Origin: a virus
Lineage: Duplodnaviria > Heunggongvirae > Uroviricota > Caudoviricetes
Reading direction: 5' to 3' (one strand)
Virus record (IMG/VR): IMGVR_UViG_2778261418_000002
Span: 1 to 6,109 of that record
DNA: 6,109 nucleotides
Positions 5,769 through 6,109 of this stretch are shown one piece after another (the stretch's first letter is position 1; the number at the start of each line of letters is the position of its first letter). Made by a program: the position numbers and the translations under genes. The notes beneath the pieces were generated by a model. That model was not told the DNA's origin and searched no databases. It worked only from the letters and a program-made list of their open reading frames with translations.

Positions 5769-5797
5769 TTGACTCTAATGGTAACTCTTGTTACCTT
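5769..5797 (+). promoter_or_regulatory. putative rightward promoter (PL-like) with embedded operator GGTAAC-TCTT-GTTACC
   Basis: TTGACT (5769-5774), 17-bp spacer, TACCTT (5792-5797; weak -10). The 16-bp palindrome at 5780-5795 has the same half-sites as the two operators in the cro/cI intergenic region and covers the spacer and -10. Confidence 0.4.
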
Positions 5798-5975
5798 AAC
5801 AACATACCAACCCACCCCGCCCCACAGAACGCAGGGCAATACTTCGAGTTACCAGGCAGTGGTCAGGGGGTAAGTAGCCAGCCCGAGGCGTAAGAACATG
5901 ACGGCAGGGTTCAACTTTAACTATGCAGCAGGTTTTTGTTCCGCTACCCCGGCGTTAAGGGGAAATGAGGTCAAC

Positions 5976-6109
5976 ATGGATACTATCGATCTTGGCAACA
6001 GCGAATCTCTGGTATGTGGCGTGTTCCCCAATCAGGACGGTACGTTCACCGCGATGACGTATACCAAAAGCAAAACGTTTAAAACCGAAAATGGTGCCCG
6101 TCGCTGGCT
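5976..6109 (+). CDS. hypothetical early-left gene, partial (continues beyond window end)
   Basis: ATG at 5976 with GAGG 5 nt upstream; frame open to the window end (MDTIDLGNSESLVCGVFPNQDGTFTAMTYTKSKTFKTENGARRW...). In-frame upstream ATG at 5898 is an alternative start. Resembles a small Rac-region protein I vaguely recall; no name assigned. Confidence 0.5.
   Translation, partial: MDTIDLGNSESLVCGVFPNQDGTFTAMTYTKSKTFKTENGARRW

Noticed and set aside
1-6109. tRNA, rRNA, integrase, transposase or attachment-site features
   Set aside because: No cloverleaf-compatible or rRNA-like segments, and no recombinase-like ORF; the window covers only the immunity and replication region.

Overview
This window reads as the immunity and replication core of a lambdoid prophage of the enterobacterial Rac / CP-933P type, based on gene order and protein similarities recalled from memory; no database search was run. 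A CI-like repressor gene (+ strand, 5032-5706) faces a leftward early operon on the - strand: Cro-like HTH (4940-4728), YdaT-like CII analog (4728-4303), O-like initiator (4231-3191), lambda P-like helicase loader (3402-2737), a tandem winged-helix protein (2704-1934) and five small unknown genes running off the left edge. The repressor gene ends in an intrinsic terminator, followed by an operator-overlapped promoter and the start of a rightward gene at 5976. The features most worth follow-up are: (1) ten GTGAC repeats in two helically phased arrays inside the O-like gene, falling in all three codon phases, next to an AT-rich block - a candidate origin; (2) the repressor has Ala where the LexA/CI autocleavage serine belongs (GDAM), predicting a non-RecA-inducible repressor; (3) three GTAAC-N4-GTTAC operator palindromes, two in the cro/cI intergenic region and one about 750 bp away; (4) a long out-of-frame overlap at the O/P junction; (5) a GC hairpin abutting the start codon of a small membrane-protein gene. 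No rRNA, tRNA, CRISPR array or transposase was found.
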